A stretch of DNA of 12,821 nucleotides from Candidatus Eiseniibacteriota bacterium (lineage in GTDB: Bacteria > ARS69). The notes beneath the pieces are model-generated. The model saw only the letters and a program-made list of their open reading frames with translations. It was not told the DNA's origin and searched no databases. The stretch lies in assembly GCA_052390515.1 (NCBI GenBank), contig JBQTGV010000190.1, positions 1 through 12,821 of the forward strand, in the 5' to 3' direction. The translations under genes were made by a program, and so were the position numbers. Below are positions 8,196-12,821 of this stretch, in pieces (the first letter of the stretch is position 1; every line of letters starts with the position of its first letter).

Positions 8196-9238
8196 CCGTG
8201 GCCGGCGTCGTCCTTGGGGCGAACGCCCTCGACGCGGAACGCCATGCGGTGATCTCCGGGGCGAAGCGCCGCCGTGAGGTCGACGACGATCGGCTCGACC
8301 ACGTCTCCGGGACACCAGCCGCTGCGGTCGAAGTCGGACGACCAACTGCCGTCGAACCAGCGCCGGCAGTGCGGGTTGCGGTCGCGGAAGCGTGCGCAGT
8401 CCGTCCGCCACGGGGCGAAGCGGCGGACCTCGACCCCGTCGACGAGCACCACGTGCTCCTTCGTCTCGAACTCGTCGGCTCCGCGACCGTCCGTGCAGTG
8501 GCCGCTGGAGAGCACGTGCAGCATCACGCGGCGCGTCCCGGCCGGGATGTTCACCTCGGCCTCGCGGTCGCCGGCGGCCATGAGCGCTGCCGTCACTTCG
8601 GGCTCGTACAGCACGCCGTGCACCCAGTCGGGAGGCGCGGGCTCTTCGCCCTCGGTCCACTCCGCCATCCAGTCCGGCGCCGGCTCGGGGCTCTGCGGGA
8701 GGAACTCCAGCGCGAAGTCCATCCGCCAGCCGGGCGACGTCCAGGTGTCCACGAAACCGGCGAACGTGACGCTGCCGGTCAGCAGCGCCGCGAGGTGCGT
8801 GACCTCGACCTCGTGCGTCGTGGCGCCGCCGTACGCGGTCACGAACTTCACGATCTCGACGTCGGCTCCGCCCGGCACGATCAGGCGAACGTTGCCGGCG
8901 CGGTCCCACTTGTCGTGCACGGACTGCGCGTCGGCGGGGATCGGGCGCGTGGCGACGCGCGCGACGATCCGGAAAGGCGAAGGCGGCGGGGCGAGGGTGA
9001 CGGTCCGCGAGACGCCCCGGCCGCTCTCCGATGGCGTCACCTGCGGTCGGCTCCAGCGCCCCGGATCGTCGGGCGTGAAGTGCAGGACGTCGTCGTGGAA
9101 GACGTGCACGGTGATCGGGTCGGGGAGGGCGGGGGCGCCGGCCGCCCGTGCCGGCCCGGAGGCGGCGAGGACGACGGCGGGGAAGGGGACGACGGCGAAC
9201 CGGACGGCGGCGGCCAGGAGGGCCCGGGCGATTCCCAT
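8153..9238 (-). CDS. Secreted peptide-N-glycosidase F (PNGase F)-like protein
   Basis: Colinear PNGase F-like motifs DKWDRAGNV, EIVKFVTAYG, EVTHLAALLTG, VDTW, SSGH, ADEF...H and DRSGWCPG, compared from memory with DEWDRYANV, EIGRFITPYW, DVTDFKSLLSG, TETW, SGWGH, CAEW and DRAGWCPG. Ala-rich signal peptide. The 3' end overlaps the convergent gene by 43 nt. Confidence 0.85.
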   Translation of the reverse strand: MGIARALLAAAVRFAVVPFPAVVLAASGPARAAGAPALPDPITVHVFHDDVLHFTPDDPGRWSRPQVTPSESGRGVSRTVTLAPPPSPFRIVARVATRPIPADAQSVHDKWDRAGNVRLIVPGGADVEIVKFVTAYGGATTHEVEVTHLAALLTGSVTFAGFVDTWTSPGWRMDFALEFLPQSPEPAPDWMAEWTEGEEPAPPDWVHGVLYEPEVTAALMAAGDREAEVNIPAGTRRVMLHVLSSGHCTDGRGADEFETKEHVVLVDGVEVRRFAPWRTDCARFRDRNPHCRRWFDGSWSSDFDRSGWCPGDVVEPIVVDLTAALRPGDHRMAFRVEGVRPKDDAGHGYWRVSASLLGWTD

Positions 9239-9247
9239 GGGGCGGCG

Positions 9248-9253
9248 ATTCTA
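9248..9253 (-). promoter_or_regulatory. -10 element TAGAAT 9 nt upstream of the PNGase-like ATG (leaderless-type arrangement)
   Basis: Minus strand reads TAGAAT-cgccgcccc-ATG, with no SD sequence and no clear -35. Confidence 0.5.
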
Positions 9254-9362
9254 GGGGATTCCCGGTGCCCCGTACCTCCATGGATGTCTCCGCGCGGAGC
9301 GGTCGTCGGGGTCGCCGGCAGCGGGAAGGGGGCCGAGGCGCCCCCGGCGCCCCCGGCGAGCC

Positions 9363-9391
9363 TTGCGTTTCTTCCCGCCCTGCGATAGACC
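9363..9391 (+). promoter_or_regulatory. Weak candidate promoter for hppA
   Basis: TTGCGT (9363-9368), 17 nt spacer, TAGACC (9386-9391). The last -10 position is non-consensus. Confidence 0.3.
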
Positions 9392-9507
9392 TACCGGTCC
9401 GAAGAGTGCGATGAAGCGTCCGCTGGGCCCCCCCGGGCGGCCAACCACTCGAGACCCAGGGCCGCCGTCGTCTCCGACCGGGCCCCTTCGCTCAGAGAGG
9501 TGCCGTA

Positions 9508-11937
<2,430 letters not shown>

Positions 11938-11961
11938 GGGGCCGTCCGGTTCCAAGGCCCC
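11938..11961 (+). terminator. GC hairpin immediately after the hppA stop (possible terminator or 3' stabiliser)
   Basis: GGGGCC (11938-11943) pairs with GGCCCC (11956-11961) around a 12-nt loop. There is no U-tract, so it is not a classical intrinsic terminator. Confidence 0.35.
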
Positions 11962-11973
11962 TGCTCCGGCAGC

Positions 11974-12010
11974 TTGTCAATCGACGCACTATGCGTCAAC
12001 ATTGACGCAT
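11974..12010 (+). promoter_or_regulatory. Promoter with overlapping palindromic operator ATGCGTCAA-CA-TTGACGCAT
   Basis: Perfect 9-bp inverted repeat at 11991-12010 and a third half-site tcGACGCA at 11981-11988. -35 TTGTCA at 11974-11979 and a weak -10 CAACAT at 11997-12002. The right arm overlaps the ATG at 12009. Confidence 0.7.
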
Positions 12011-12373
12011 GGCAGGTCAGAAGCGATCGCGGCTGGTGGACCCCATCCAGGAGCGGATCCTCGCGGTCCTGCTCCTGCGGCCTCAGAGCGAGTGGTATCG
12101 CAGCGAGCTCGCATCGTGGGGCAGGCGCCGCCTTCCCAGGTAGCATCGGCTCTTCGCGCCCGCTTCGCTGCGGCTCGGTCGTGAAGTGAACACTCGGTCT
12201 ACTCCGACTCCGAGTTCGCGGCGAAGGTGCGGGCGACGAATCGATTCGTCCGCTCCCTGCTGGACGGACCGAAGCTCTTCGTCGTAGGGACAGAGGACGA
12301 CCTTCGAGGAACCGCTGGCACCCAGACGCGTGGCGAGGGAGGGCGATGGGCCCGACGGGGATGGGTCTCGTAA
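12009..12373 (+). pseudogene. Decayed HTH + minimal nucleotidyltransferase (MNT/MntA antitoxin-like) gene: internal deletion plus frameshifts
   Basis: Joining frames gives MAGQKRSRLVDPIQERILAVLLLRPQSEWYRSEL (12009-12110) | IVGQAPPSQVASALR (from 12113) | PASLRLGREVN (to 12191) | SVYSDSEFAAKVRATNRFVRSLLDGPKLFVVGTEDDL... TAA 12371-12373. Both ends resemble wHTH-nucleotidyltransferase proteins (..LL.P...Y.SELA.. and LGREVNP.VYS..EF..K...N.F...VL.GPKLF..G.EDDL). The GS...DxD catalytic core is missing. Confidence 0.72.
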
Positions 12374-12507
12374 GGGACGCGAAGTGCGGAGCGTTCCACC
12401 GAGATCGACGAGGCATACGTCGACGATTCCCTAGCTGGTCCGCGCTGTCCGCGATGGGCGCGGTGTTCGTCGTGCTGCCGTGTGCATGGGGAGCTGAGGT
12501 CTCAGCG

Positions 12508-12714
12508 ATGACTCGGAGCGACTCTTCAAGTTCGAATTCGCAGTCTGTCCGAACAGGTTCGATCACAGCAGGCGGCAATGTGAGTGTGAGTCAGGCGGAT
12601 GTCGGAAAGGCTGCCAGAGCTTGGTCGTTTCCTTGGGGATGGGCTGCGGCGATCACGGGCGTGATTGCATCTGTCCTCACAGTCGTGTCGCTTACTAGTG
12701 TCCTGTTTGGTTAG
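12508..12714 (+). CDS. Small hypothetical membrane-anchored protein, probably 3'-truncated by the IS630 insertion (63 native codons plus IS-derived SVLFG*)
   Basis: GAGGT SD 7 nt before the ATG at 12508. Ser-rich N-terminus, then SQSVRTGSITAGGNVSVSQ, then hydrophobic WGWAAAITGVIASVLTVVSL. GC is lower than in the core genes (hand counts 34/60 at 12541-12600 and 28/60 at 12661-12720). Confidence 0.45.
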   Translation: MTRSDSSSSNSQSVRTGSITAGGNVSVSQADVGKAARAWSFPWGWAAAITGVIASVLTVVSLTSVLFG

Positions 12715-12821
12715 TTAGCAGCATAAGATTTGGCGATCCGTCGGAGGATGTCATCGGCACTCTTGGTCCAAGCGAAGGGCTTGGGATCCGCGTTCGTCAG
12801 CTCGAGGTACGCTTTGATTGC
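12698..12821 (-). mobile_element. Right end of an IS630-family insertion sequence inserted at TA (12696-12697) within CTAG
   Basis: The transposase C-terminus runs into ...AACTAACCAAACAGGACAC-TAG on the minus strand, the usual IS630-type end in which the reading frame ends GH* on the TA target. The element continues beyond the window. Confidence 0.75.
12711..12821 (-). CDS. IS630-family transposase, C-terminal fragment (absent from the ORF track)
   Basis: Minus strand from 12821 translates AIKAYLELTNADPKPFAWTKSADDILRRIAKSYAAN*. N..PKPF.WTKSADDIL is the characteristic IS630 transposase tail. Confidence 0.85.
   Translation of the reverse strand, partial: AIKAYLELTNADPKPFAWTKSADDILRRIAKSYAAN

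Noticed and set aside
9337..9358. Tandem GGCGCCCCC x2 plus GGCG in the PNGase/hppA intergenic region
   Set aside because: Only about 2.4 copies of a pure-GC 9-mer, with no spacers. It is not a CRISPR array and is plausible by chance or slippage.
12346..12507. Upstream extension of the last plus-strand ORF as a possible HEPN toxin partner
   Set aside because: I see no HEPN-like helical pattern or convincing R-x4-6-H motif, it overlaps the pseudogene tail, and ATG 12508 has a well-placed SD. A degraded remnant cannot be fully excluded without a search.

Overview
GC-rich bacterial window, mostly cell-envelope and exported-protein genes on alternating strands. In order: a 5'-truncated type IV pilin-like gene (+); a lipoprotein of the alkaline-phosphatase/sulfatase superfamily with a non-canonical T-L-A-S-H active-site motif (-); a PQQ-dependent glucose/sorbosone dehydrogenase-family protein (+) and a calcineurin-like metallophosphoesterase (-) that meet stop-to-stop and both end in a FlgD-Ig/T9SS-CTD-like domain; two tandem GT-C-like (ArnT/PMT-type) polytopic membrane proteins (+); a secreted peptide-N-glycosidase F-like protein (-); and a membrane pyrophosphatase hppA with divergent, K+-independent-type motifs (+). 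After hppA comes a decayed accessory zone the ORF track does not resolve. It holds an intact palindromic operator/promoter ahead of a deleted, frameshifted HTH-nucleotidyltransferase (MNT antitoxin-like) pseudogene. It also holds a small lower-GC ORF (polar beta-like motif plus a TM helix), cut at a CTAG site by the end of an IS630-family element. The main hypothesis is a surface-protein glycan add/modify/remove neighbourhood (pilin, GT-C pair, PNGase F-like protein, Thr-type AlkP enzyme), but the strand layout shows it is not one operon. All family calls come from motif recognition by eye; no searches were run.
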